A stretch of DNA of 64,000 bases, taken from positions 8,050,448 through 8,114,447 of the forward strand of contig BDGG01000002.1 in the NCBI GenBank assembly GCA_001949185.1, read 5' to 3'. The notes under the pieces are model-generated. The model was not told where the DNA came from. It saw only the letters and a program-made list of their open reading frames with translations, and ran no database searches. Numbering within the stretch: position 1 is the stretch's first letter; every line of letters begins with the position of its first letter. Positions 13,703 through 25,600 of the stretch are shown in pieces. This DNA is from Ramazzottius varieornatus. Lineage: Eukaryota; Animalia; Tardigrada. Made by a program: the position numbers and the translations under genes.

Positions 13703-14288
13703 TAAGCTCTGTCTCATCTACGGACGAGTAGCACTTTCGCCTTCCTCGGCGCGCAACTGTTCCTCTTTTGTGGAATCTGGAACGACCATAGTTTTTCAGA
13801 CACTTCTTGCGTCAACTTAGCCATTCCAGAAAGTCGAGATCAGCTCTTGATCATCCCGCTACCGGGGAAGATCAGCTGATAGGATCTTTGATCCTCGTTA
13901 TGTATGACCCTGTACGCAAACGTACGACGTGAACCAACCCCGGGTAGNNNNNNNNNNNNNNNNNNNNNNNNNNNNNNNNNNNNNNNNNNNNNNNNNNATT
14001 GATTGAAAGCTGATCGTTGATTGACGGGTAAGCTGTCCCCCCACTACCCGGGGTTGGTTCACGTCGTACGTTTGCGTACAGGGTCATACATAACGAGGAT
14101 CAAAGATCCTATCAGCTGATCTTCCCCGGTAGCGGGATGATCAAGAGCTGATCTCGACTTTCTGGAATGGCTAAGTTGACGCAAGAAGTGTCTGAAAAAC
14201 TATGGTCGTTCCAGATTCCACAAAAGAGGAACAGTTGCGCGCCGAGGAAGGCGAAAGTGCTACTCGTCCGTAGATGAGACAGAGCTTA
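13703..14288. repeat. 245-bp perfect inverted repeat (13703-13947 / 14044-14288) around an assembly gap
   Basis: TAAGCTCTGTCTCATC...CCCCGGGTAG is the exact reverse complement of CTACCCGGGG...GATGAGACAGAGCTTA. Confidence 0.9.
13948..13997. other. Assembly gap (50 N)
   Basis: Run of n. Confidence 1.
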
Positions 14289-16087
14289 GCTGCTGTAGGG
14301 CTTGACCGAGTCACGGCGACTTCCTCTTTTAGCATTCTCTGTACCTGTTGAATATTGTACGGTATACGTTTGCGGTCAGACTGGATCTCAGGGAAAGAAT
14401 GAACGGACGTTCCGGAGTCGCAGCATCAGATCAGGAAAAACATAACGGGAATAGTGATATGCCAGAATATGACGATCCTTTCGAAAGAACTGTTATACTG
14501 TAGCTCAATATGGCAAGCGTTATTAGAGACAAAGCCAGAGGTACTCATCACAGACTCGAGTTTAACTTTGAATAGATACCTTCCCTTCAGCTGTGAGTAC
14601 ACTTTAGGCATGTGGCAGACGTTTACAAGACAAGTTCGTATGGAGGTTTATGGTAAAACTGCGTGAGACAATACGCGAGGGTGAAACGCGATACACAAAC
14701 CTTCGACAGGCTAACACGAACCACCTCATCAAACTCCTGTAGCACCCACGGGACCTTCCAGACACTCCTGGAAGGACACTGGATACCCGGAACTTGAGCG
14801 ATCTGGACGTGAGTGATTCCTGCTAGGATGGCTTTGCTGTAAATATGATATACTCGATTACTCGTCCACTTGAAAAACTTGAACCGGGATGCTGGGTTTT
14901 ACTGAGTAATGCTTGGTTACTGGTGACGAGCATAGGCGATAAACATTGGTCTTCAACTACCACAGCGCCACCTGAAGAAGCGGAAGTGATGGACCAGTTG
15001 CATGCTGAAATAAACACGTCCGAGAAACTGAATAGGCTCGCCCTGGTAAATGAAGCCATATTCCGGAGAGTGTCCGCGCCTTCCTGTCTTACGTTCGTGC
15101 TTACGGTCGGCAGGAGTGTAACAGCAGCTGTCGAACGTGCGACCTGGACTTGAGTGATTCAGCGACAGGTTTCGGTCTACTGAAGGTGCCGAGGGTGCCG
15201 AGCTGAAGAACTACCAACCATCGCATAAGTTCCAGGAGACCAAGGTCAACATTCACGACCTGCATTATGAAGACAAGGCCCGTGAGAAACAGGGAACAGA
15301 GAATGCGCCGAGACTTCCCAAAGAGAAGGCTTTCAAGACAGGAACCGAAGTTTTCTTGATACAGCCAAAGCCCAAAGGTTACATAGGAAGGAAAGAAGAC
15401 TGATGAAGGTGATACAGAGGAAAAAGAAAACGGAAGACTTGACTTGAAAGGTCCTGTCAACGCTATGTGACTCGTACAGAAACTTCGCTTAAACAGGTTA
15501 CGGACATCTGTCTCGGTAGGTCTTATCGAAATAAAGCTCACAGAAAGACTCTTCGAACTACCGAAGACCAACTACCTCGTACTTCGTAACGCTTGAACTT
15601 GAGCTGCACGTCTTTTGCATAAACCATCTTTGATACGTTAGCGAGTGTGTCGAGCGCCCGGCTTGCACTTCGTTCTCGGAAGCGGAGCCGGAGGGAACCA
15701 CCGATGCTCGGTGCTAAAGCCTAGGTAGCGGATCGCACATCCGGACTCGTATAAAAATTTTTCGCCACACGAAAATCTGGCGTAAAGGGAACCATACGGT
15801 GGACTGTATGGTGAACCGCCGAACTTGTCTAAGGTCAACGGTTCACCGTATGGTGATCGACTGGAGCTATAAGCTCGGCTACACCAACCAACGCTGGACA
15901 TGAGGCTGCACGCGGCGGTGACCACGAAGCTTAAAAACAGGTGGAAAAGATCACCGTATGTTTCACCGTACGGTGGACTTTATGGTGTTGATTTTTGAAC
16001 GAGGGAGAAGCTTTGTTCTGATGTTTTGCCATCCGAACCATCCAAACCTTACAGTTCTCTTCGGCATTTTCTCATCAAAGATTCGAA

Positions 16088-17054
16088 ATGGAAGAGGACG
16101 AAGGTTATCCTTTGATGGGAGCTTTTCAAGCAAACGAGACAGAACGCAAGGTAAGACGGAGCTAAAATATAGAAACTAAACGTGTTACGGTTCCGTTTTG
16201 CGTACTTACAGCTGGCGAAACTGGCACAGAAGTACGATGGCTTGACCAAGTTGGAAGTCAAAGACTGCCTGCAAGCCTTCGGTGAAGAGTCAGAAATCAT
16301 CCTGGTTTTTATCAACGAACTGCTGAAGCGAAGGGCTGAGAAGATTGTGAAGGAGGAGGCCAACAAAGAAGCGAAGAGGGTTGGACTTCACGACGCCTTG
16401 GACGATATTCTCAAAGGGAGCTACGCCATTTCGAAGGAGAGCTTTCTGTGGGCGATAAAAGGTACTGCTAATTTTGTGATCCTATCCACACCTTCGACGC
16501 ACGAAAAAATTGATTGTTGTACGCTGCAGGACTTCTGCCACGCAGGATCTATGAGTACTTATTTAACTATTTCTTCGAAACTCGGAATCCAGGTAAACAA
16601 AGGGCTCAGTACACTAGACTGGGAACGCAGCAGTTGCTCACTACGTGATCATTTTGTAGGTTACTTCAGTGGTCTGATGAAGCGGCAAAATCAACCGAAG
16701 AGAGCGAAGGTAACTACTCCCAAGCCAAAACCTACTTCCAACCTCGACGTCTACGGTCATCACAGCTGCTGGGTCGTCGCAATGAAGAAGATTATTCCCC
16801 TGCAAGACGCAGTGAACAAGCTTACATCTTTGGACATGTATGGCTTCCTAGATAAAAATGTCGGCCCTACACTCTACAAGCATCTTTGTGAAGATGTTCA
16901 TGCGGCAGAGTTCGTTCCTCCGAAAGTTGCTCTGAAAAAGTTTATAGTTCCTATCTCTACACGTGTCTTGAAGACTGAAGAGTTATGCAATACAATGGAG
17001 GCTCTGGCAACTGGTTCTGGACTCAAGGACCTGTGTGTAGTTAAGATGAAGTAG
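16088..17054 (+). CDS. Orphan spliced gene A, ~256 aa, exons 16088-16150, 16212-16461, 16530-16592, 16660-17054
   Basis: Three short GT-AG introns join in frame (MEEDEGYPLMG...ERK/LAKLAQK...AIK/GLLPRRIYEYLFNYFFETRNP/GYFSGLMK...). No family recognised. Confidence 0.6.
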
Positions 17055-17079
17055 AACTTCGAAATCATGCGTGGAACTA

Positions 17080-17225
17080 GGGTTGGTCCGACCCGATCGG
17101 GTCGACGACCACAAGGTCGTTTGGTCGAGACTCCACATTGAGACCCCACATTGTCGAGACCCCACATTGTGGGGTCTCGGCCAAACAACCCTGTGGTCGT
17201 CGACCCGGTCGGGTCGGACCTACCC
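17080..17225. mobile_element. 146-bp fold-back MITE, TA-flanked, with internal tandem repeats
   Basis: TA|GGGTTGGTCCGACCCGATCGGGTCGACGACCAC ... GTGGTCGTCGACCCGGTCGGGTCGGACCTACCC|TA; centre holds GAGACYCCACATTG x3. Confidence 0.8.
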
Positions 17226-18042
17226 TATGTGGAACCTGCTCCAGACAAGCAAGATGCTTCTGAAATCACTCTTCAAGCTGTAATTACATCTTCATTCGCA
17301 AAAGAGCGCTCATTGAGGAGAAGAGGTTTAATAATGACGTAAGTTACTGTAAGTCTGATGCTGACCGAATAAAGTAGCCAGAGAAAAGTACTCTCGTTCA
17401 CGGGAATGTCATGGGAATTTATTGACCCAGGTGGCTTCGCGCAGACGGAGTGGCATGATATCTCGTATGACATGACGCAACCGGAAATGACTTGACATCC
17501 TGACAGCTACTGTTGAATGAACTCGCGCACGTAAAATAATACGGTGTATCACTTGACATGACATACGGACATGCGAAATCTTCCCGCATCAACTCGCGCA
17601 TGGCTCAAGGCATTATGATCGGGAATCGCAGGATCCTGTGAGAAATTTTGGACGCAGCATGGCAATTGGCCATTCCTTTAAGCGACTTAAAGCGAGCGCT
17701 ATGGCAAGTGATTGGCCGTCCGAGGACTGGCCGTCAGCGACCTGCCAGCCTACCTAGGTCCTGACGCCTAACGTTAAACGAGGACCATGTCGACTAGAAC
17801 AACACCACGGCGCCCCGCCGTCCGTCATTGGCGAAGGGTCGGTAAGCCGTCTCGTGTTTGATTCTTCACAGGCATCGTTTCTCCTGAGTCTCAAATTAGA
17901 CGAGTTCGGTAACTTTCGAAGTCTTCGTTTGCTTTTTTGCTGCCGAACAACGGAAGCTATAGAGTCTGGGTCTACGTGGTACGGGCTGGAGAGGAATATT
18001 GTGTTTGACTGACTCCAACGACTACTTCCCACAACGACAAAG

Positions 18043-21000
18043 ATGGCTGAACTGGACGCGCCGCTGCTGATTACTAGAGGTGAACAAACGCAGCTGCCTG
18101 TACCTCTTCTCAGTAGACCGTCTCATAGTCCCTGAACAACCAGCTCTACCGAAACTAACATGTGATGATGTGTTGATGTTTTAGAATACGAAAAGTCGAA
18201 AGAAGATCATCGGCCAACAAGGCAGCCTCGACCAGAAAGTGTTTCATGGCTATTAGAGGACATGTACGTCTCCACTGCCCGAGTCTCTCTTGCTTTGCCA
18301 AATGAAACCATCAAGCTCCTGAACGGTTTGGCTGATACCACTCGTCGATATTTTAAGGCTTTCAACGCTGGTCAAGCCCCGCTAGAGAGCAGGCTGGAAG
18401 AAGCTGGTCGAAAATTGTCCTTGAAGGAGTATGAGCTGACGATCGTACAGAACGCTCTTGCGAGTGAGGATAACGGTACGCTACATGTACTATACAAGTG
18501 CAGTAGAACAGCAAGAGAACCCGGCATCATCGTGGTATAGTAAACTAAGACCCGTATTTTTGTTATAGGATTCGAAACGGGTTATTTCGCTGAGAAGTTG
18601 ACAACACGCGAGAAGGAATTATTGGTTAAACCAACGCGTCTTTCTGGCGAAAGTGATTCTTCTGTGGATTCTGGATCAGTCATGGACGATATCATTGATA
18701 GCGGTAAGGGCACGTTGCTCACACAGATCATGTTACCATCTTTAAACACCGAGGTGACGCTAGCGTCAAAACTAATTCTGTTCGGATGCAGGAAACGGTA
18801 CAGAGATAATCGTGAGCAGAGAGTGGGCGGATAACCAATTGTCAAGTGCCTGCCGTTCGCTGGGAGCTTTGACAGAACGTAGGGAAATCAAGTTCTGGAT
18901 CAAGATGCTTCGAAGCAACCTGTCGGTTGAAAAAACATACGAGGAAGCACGAGAGTCCAGCCTGAAGCGTGCCATTGACTGGTTCGTTTTCTTGGAAGAC
19001 ATGTTGCACACGAAGCTGTACGAGCCCTATACAAGACTGCTGGCGCGACAAAAGCAGCTGAATGTTCTCGGTGTCTTCACATTCATCGAGGAGGAAGTTT
19101 TTCCCCGCCTGCCCGAATATTGTGCGACCATGTCAGCAATATGTCAGAGGTAAGATTGATCGTTTCAAACGATTTCGTACTTCGGTAGATAAATGTCAAG
19201 CTTACTTTAGAAAAATTTCTTGGTCAAATTATCTGGCTGCTTGCTAAATATTGACATGTGTTTGTGTGAATCCACGAAACCAAGAAAAGGAGCTCTCTAA
19301 AATTCTGGTTAAATTCCGGTTAAATTCCAGTTCAGCTACTGTCAATCACCAAACATAGTTCTTTGATGTTTCATCATGTTGTAACTTTACCGACTGATTT
19401 TGAGTGACAACGAATAAGGTTGCAAACAGTATAATATGGGGTTTGTCATATATCAGGTCTTTCGATATGACTCTGCGGTTTTTGGGGGTATACTTCCAAC
19501 AACTTTTTTGACGATGCAAATAATTTTTCTCATTTTGTATGATGACCAACAGTAACAACAAGCTCTCCACTATTTTTCTGGACCGCAAATAAAAAAACGA
19601 ATGACAGGAGAGAATAAGATAAATGAGGGAAGAAGTAGCGCTCAGTATTGACTAGGATTTGTTTGCATTTTTTTCCACAAAGCCAGTTACTCCTTTCTCA
19701 GGAACGAGCATCTATGCTGTGCTGCGTAGCTTGTGCCACAAACCAAAGGTGATAAACTCAGAAGCAAACGAACGATGACTTCGAGAAAAATAGTTCTGCA
19801 AAATACAAGGTGGTACGTTGCGCTTTTCTGTGTGCGCCAGCTCAATGGGCAATAACTTTTTGGCTATTTTTCTTCGCTCGATCGCTGAGAACGAATTGGT
19901 GATTTCATATGATATAACAAGATGTCTGCTTTTACTATTCAAGGTTTCAAGAATTTTGCTGTCTCCGGGAATGCACGGCGCAGTTTTTTCTCTCATCAAA
20001 TTACGGTTTTTGACGGGGTGAATTACTGTCTGGCTGTATCCTCCGCCCAACTTCCTCAAAGTGAATCAAACCGGCTGTTCGATAACGCGATCCTTAAGCT
20101 TTTCTTAGTTGTTGTTTGTATGACTTTTACTGATTCAGTTGGGCCACAACCATTTTTCTTGTGAAATAAGTAGAAATTTTCAAAAAGTGTCGGTAACAAA
20201 AACTGTTTTTGAAAATTAAAAAAGACGCAATCCTGGTTTCCATGCGGGCGTTTAAAAGACCGCGGTGTATCCTATGTTAAAGCAGAAAACTAGATCAAAA
20301 TTCCGATCTATTTCAAAGATATGATTTTTCAAAGTTGCACTGCAGAAAACCGCAGAGTCATATCGAAAGACCTGATAGAAAACGGATTTTTCACAGTTTC
20401 CAAATTGTTCAGGAGACGCATTTCTGGATTTTGCCTTCGGGTGTCTAACTGAGGGTACTCATAGAGGTTTGTGGAAAATTTAATGGGCTATCGAACGTAC
20501 GTAACAGAAGTTCTGTCCGACAGCTGGTTGGAAAGTTATGGGATGAATCAGATTGGGGTCCAATATTCCAGTTCTTCATTGACTTCACCCATGACGTTAT
20601 CGTACACGCGAAAGGTCCCCCAGGCAGTAGGTACAAACTGGTAAATGCACCGGGTTAAACTTCACGCGTGTGATGACGTCATACGTGAGGTGTACGAAGC
20701 CGTACGAGGTAGGTGGAACTGCCCGTTCTAAAAGTCCCGCAGAGGTGAAAATCTTTGATAATTCATTTCTCCAAATGTAGTCATGTCATTTCGTGACAGT
20801 TGGTACCATTCGAAAGCCCGAATTTTTCTCTACAACCCTACGTCAAAAAAGCAAGATTCGGAATTATGACCAAAAATCCGTTTTCTATATGACAAACCTC
20901 ATATAAAGCAGCAAGCCTTTTCTTTTCTATCTCGGTTACACGGTTTCAACATAGTTCTGCTCCTAGTCTCGAGGATTCCTTCGATGGGACGGACGGTAAA

Positions 21001-21357
21001 ATACTGCGCAAGCTGAAGTGGAATACTGCTTTCGATCAGAAAGAAGCACAGAATATGTGGGAGACTCTCCGCGAATCGTCTCCCGTGTTCATCGAGATGG
21101 GATCTGAGAAGCTGGCCGCTTTGGTGGATCGTTTCGCTAGTGCCGCAGCTGGCATACCCGTCAGTGAAGAAGAACCAAGCATTGGCCGCGACGTGCAGGA
21201 GCTGCGAAAGATGGGACAGGATCGAGACGGTATGCTGCTGGTTCTGCTGCATGCGCTATGCCAGCTGGTACCCTGTCAATGTTACGTACCTCCCTACTCC
21301 CGGGAAGCCGAGGAGCACGTGCCCGACGAGTTAGACTCTGACGAGGAACTATTCTAA
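18043..21357 (+). CDS. Orphan spliced gene B, ~403 aa, exons 18043-18079, 18185-18475, 18569-18703, 18792-19149, 20967-21357
   Basis: Four GT-AG introns with matching phases (1,1,1,2) give an uninterrupted, probably helical protein ending EHVPDELDSDEELF*. No family recognised. Confidence 0.7.
19438..20900. mobile_element. Outer non-autonomous DNA transposon (GGG...CTC termini, ATAT flanks), left TIR interrupted
   Basis: Left TIR GGGGTTTGTCATATA[insert]GAAAACGGATTTTT; right TIR AAAAATCCGTTTTCTATATGACAAACCTC at 20872-20900. Confidence 0.75.
19453..20375. mobile_element. Inner 923-bp non-autonomous DNA transposon, 30-bp perfect TIRs, TA duplication
   Basis: TA|TCAGGTCTTTCGATATGACTCTGCGGTTTT ... 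AAAACCGCAGAGTCATATCGAAAGACCTGA|TA. Confidence 0.85.
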
Positions 21358-21471
21358 AAGCACCAAACGAGACACTTTTTTTGTACCTGACCAGTTCTTT
21401 TCTCAAATAAGCTAAGTATTCTTGGACGTTCTACCAGTACCTCTATAATGTCGTATCTGTTCCTGGTTTCT

Positions 21472-22614
21472 GCAAAGTTTCGAAGCCGGGTTATTGCCAC
21501 TGGGTATTGCGCTATAAAGCCGCTTAGCTGTTATCAGAGGACTTCATTAATTCATATCGGTACACGGGATTTTATGGTTCGCGCTTATCACAGATTGTCA
21601 GAAACCGTCGAGCGAAGGACCGACCATAGACTGGTTGCGCGATATTCTTCCAGTAGACTACTAAGTCTTACAATGGAAAAAACAACTGTCCCAGGCCGAG
21701 CAGTCTACACCGGCACGGGTAATAGAGTTTAGGTTCGAGAAAAAAGAAGAAGCATGTAGGAAGGCTTGCGGAGAAAAAAAGAGCACGATCGGTGCGACAC
21801 ATCTAACTTGTAAGGCAATGTTTGGTTGGCTTCGTCGATCTACTCAGGCCTTCTTCCTTTCTTGTTCCAAGGTTAGGAAAGAGCCATCTTCTTGGCCTTC
21901 TCCAGCATGCTAAACTTGGGCATGCTGACCCGCAGGCCGCTGAGGGAAGTGGTTTCCGAGACGGCAGCCGTGGCTTCCTCCAGACGCATCCGATTCTGGA
22001 TGGTCTGGTAGTTTTTGGAGTTGAGCACTTCCTCGGGAATGCCTTGTAACTCAAACTCGGCAAAGGATTTCTGCAACGAAGAAAAGAACCACATGTGATG
22101 AACAAGCTGGTAAACTACTAAGGCGTGCGAGACATCGGCGAACAAGACTCTTCTCCAAGTGGCGCACATTTCAAGTGTTGCAAACTGAAAACGTGCGCCA
22201 CTGGGTTTAACGACACTACCGGGTTCCCCAACTGGCCCATGCTTGCAGCTAATAACACTGGAAGCGTGCGCCACTTGAAGAGACGATCATCTATAGACTT
22301 TGTTTGCCGAGCTACGGTAGTTAGTTGGTCCATCATTCAACTGGTGAGCATAATGGCGGGTGATTAGTACCTTGATGATTGTGGACAGACAGTTAACTTG
22401 GTGGGCGTTGAGTGCGCGATCCATCCGTTCGGTTAACCAGGTACAAATGATGGTCATTTGGGACGTGTATAACCGCTCAAACATGGCCAAGATGAAGAGT
22501 TCGTCAGTGACACGCTGACGAATCTGCTCCATCGACGAGCGCAGACAGTTGACGTATTGGCGACCTAGATCGCCGCTGATATTGCTGGTCGTTGAGGCTT
22601 TCTACGCAATATGC
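21472..22614. repeat. Direct repeat copy 2 (the CAPS 3' end contiguous with the gene)
   Basis: Matches 11833-12974. Confidence 0.9.
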
Positions 22615-25600
22615 AACAATCAGCTCAACGCTGCAGCGCGCAAGGTTAGTTTTGACTGTGGAGACAACTTACCGCTAATGAAAAGATGGGCGCCAAAAGA
22701 CTTCCTTCATCGTACCGGGACAGCTTGACCAAGATACCATTCAGAATCTCCACAAACTGCAAGAACAACAGTAAAAGCCCACACTATTTATGCACAAGGA
22801 TTATTAAGGATAGCTTTTACAGGGTGATTTTAATTGCTTCGACGGATTTTGCCGTGCTGAGAAACAATTTTGCCATACTTGCTCTGTTGTCAACGATTGT
22901 CTTCAAGTAGCTCCAGGTCTGGAAATCTTTGTGCGAAAATTTCACCGAGACCGTATGATCAGGAAACAAGTAAATTCGAGAAGCTCACAAGAACCCGAAA
23001 ACCGAGTGTACGTTCTAGAATGCAAATCTGGCTGGTTCGGGCTCGTTTGTTAATCTGTGATGCTTTAAAAAAACATTCCGCTGATGGTATCTTGATGAAA
23101 CGGCATCTAAGCACGAAACTGAAAGGACTGCTTTCGATGTTTTCCGTTTTGGTGTAAACTACGACCATTAAGCGCGTCTGTGAGCAAACGTTGAGACTAT
23201 TTTAGGATTCAATTTTGCTTACGTTTTTGGCCGTGAATTAAAAGTGAGGGTACTAGCTTTCATGAATTACCTCGGACATTCAGCTATTGAGAGAAATTTT
23301 TTGAGGTAAGTCGACAGTCTAACGAGACAGCAGGAATATTTTTCCGAATAAGGACAGTTTTCACCGGTAAAATGGGTGGTTTTCCATTGATTGCACCAAT
23401 CAAGCGATCAAAGGTGTGACCACGAATCTTATGTCAATCGCAACACCTTAAGATGTACTATCTAACGAGAGGAAGCTTGACTGTAACAGGCCAGAAACAA
23501 GTTTACTGTAAATTTTCAAAATCCGTCGAAGCAATGAAAATCAACCTGTAGTCGTGGAAAGCATCATTGGGGCAGAGTTGATCCTGCCTTTTTTTTGTGC
23601 CAAGCACGGCCTTTACAAGTATTTCGTAGGAACAAAGCGGAAGTATAAGTTGGTGTGCTAAAAAACTTGCCATGACTGGTAGCCTTACTTACCTTATCAA
23701 CGAAGTGTCGGTTCATTTCACCGGAGATCTTCTCGATGAACTCGTCAATCTTGGTATGATATTGATGCTACAAAGAGAAGCGCTTAGTTACAGTATCAGT
23801 TTTCATTCCCACGGTGCGATATCCTAAATTCAGCATACCTTGTCCACTCCGGAAACAGCGCACAATTTCAGTGACTATCGGAAAGGAAGAAGATAAGAGA
23901 AGGTCATACGACATAGGAAAAAAGACAGCTTAGTGTGTACTGTACGGTACCTCGCTTTTGAAATGAAGGACAACATTGATCATAACACAAACTTCTGATG
24001 GGATGACAAAGTCGGTCGACTTGCGGCTTCTTGCCATCCACCCTTCGTAAGCTTCCAGTGTCCTGTAAATACCCAAGCACGGACATTGACTAACCTGCGA
24101 GGCGGAGTTTAGGAAGAATTAGGGTAGGTAGTACTAGGTTCTGTACCGTTTAACGCAGGACTCGATCATGTCCGCAGCCATCAACTTCAGCCGCTGTTCC
24201 AGATGCTTGGCGAAGACCTCATCGGGCCAATGCAGGTCGCTAATGAAGGTCTGCAGAGCGTTTAACTTCCACAGCATGTCTTCCGACGAGCTACAACCAT
24301 GCCTGCAACCAGAAAGAACAAGTAACATTGGCAACCAAGGAAGAAGAAAACTGTGGAATCAATTTCAAACGTCGGCAAAGGGATTCACCCAGATCGTTTT
24401 CCAAAGTGGCGCACACTCTCAGTCAACGATAATGCCAACGTGCGCCACTTGAAATGACCATTTGCCGGCGGTTAATTCTTCTTGGCTGTCAGACCGGAAG
24501 TGAATACTGTGGTCAGTCGGTGAGGATTATGGTTACTCGAACAGACTGTTTACATACCCGTGAGGCTTCCACGTTTCCTTTTCAAAGCCCTTATGGATAC
24601 TCTGAGCGATGCTGGACTCCATCAGGTCGACATAGCGCACGACTAGCGGGGCAAACATGTCTTTCAGCTGCTGGTGGAACTTGCCGCCACTCATGGAAGC
24701 TATAATAGAATACCATGTATGATTACTATAAAAACAAGGGAACACATGGTGAGTGAGACGTACGTTCATTACTGAGGTAGTCGTTAAGGACTTGAAAGAC
24801 GGGAAAGGCATTCCAAGTGTCGGGCGGCTGTGAGGAGAGGACGGCTTCCAAGTCGACGGCGAACAAGGACCAGAAGATCTCCGAATGCTCCACCAGCAAG
24901 TCCGAGAACCAGTCAAAGGCCGACTTGAATTCCTACAGCAGCAACTCCGTGACTTTCGGTCATAGTGTTAGCAAAACCAGAAAGACCAATTAGGTTACCT
25001 CGGCATAAAAGTCTTGGTTTTCTTGGAGGAGGTCGATGCATAGTTCCGCTATGTGCAGAATATCTTCAATCTTACGCAGCGGCTGCCCGTCCATGCTTCC
25101 TTGATGGTGATGATGGCTGTCTGCAATATCATTACTCCCATCGAATATCGGTACATTACCGTCGGCTGCTCGCTATGAGACTTTTGCTTACCGTTGTGAT
25201 GGTTAGCCATGTGGGAAGTCGAGTGTTTGGCGTCATCTGGAAGGAATGCACTGTAGCATTAAGTAGAAACGGTTGAAGCTTGATGCTGATTTACCTTCGC
25301 TTTTGTTTTGAGCGGATATTTTGGTATAGTTGACCAGCGCCGCCGATTCGAGGCACTTGCGGATCAGCGACTTGACTTCCTCGGCCGGCACAGGCGTGAC
25401 GATGTCCTTCATCAAGACCCGTTCCACCAGTGACAGACTAGCCTTTAGCGCTCCTTCCGGCCGACCCATCGGAAAGCAAAACCTGCAAAAACAAACATGG
25501 AGAAACGCATGCAGCCTAATTCCACTTGCCACAAGCGATAATCAATACGTTGATAGATAGAGAACTCGTACACTTACCGAAAGTTGGTAATTTGATATTC

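Noticed and set aside
19712-20164. Possible transposase ORFs inside the inner element
   Set aside because: No DDE or HTH motif recognised; short and stop-ridden.
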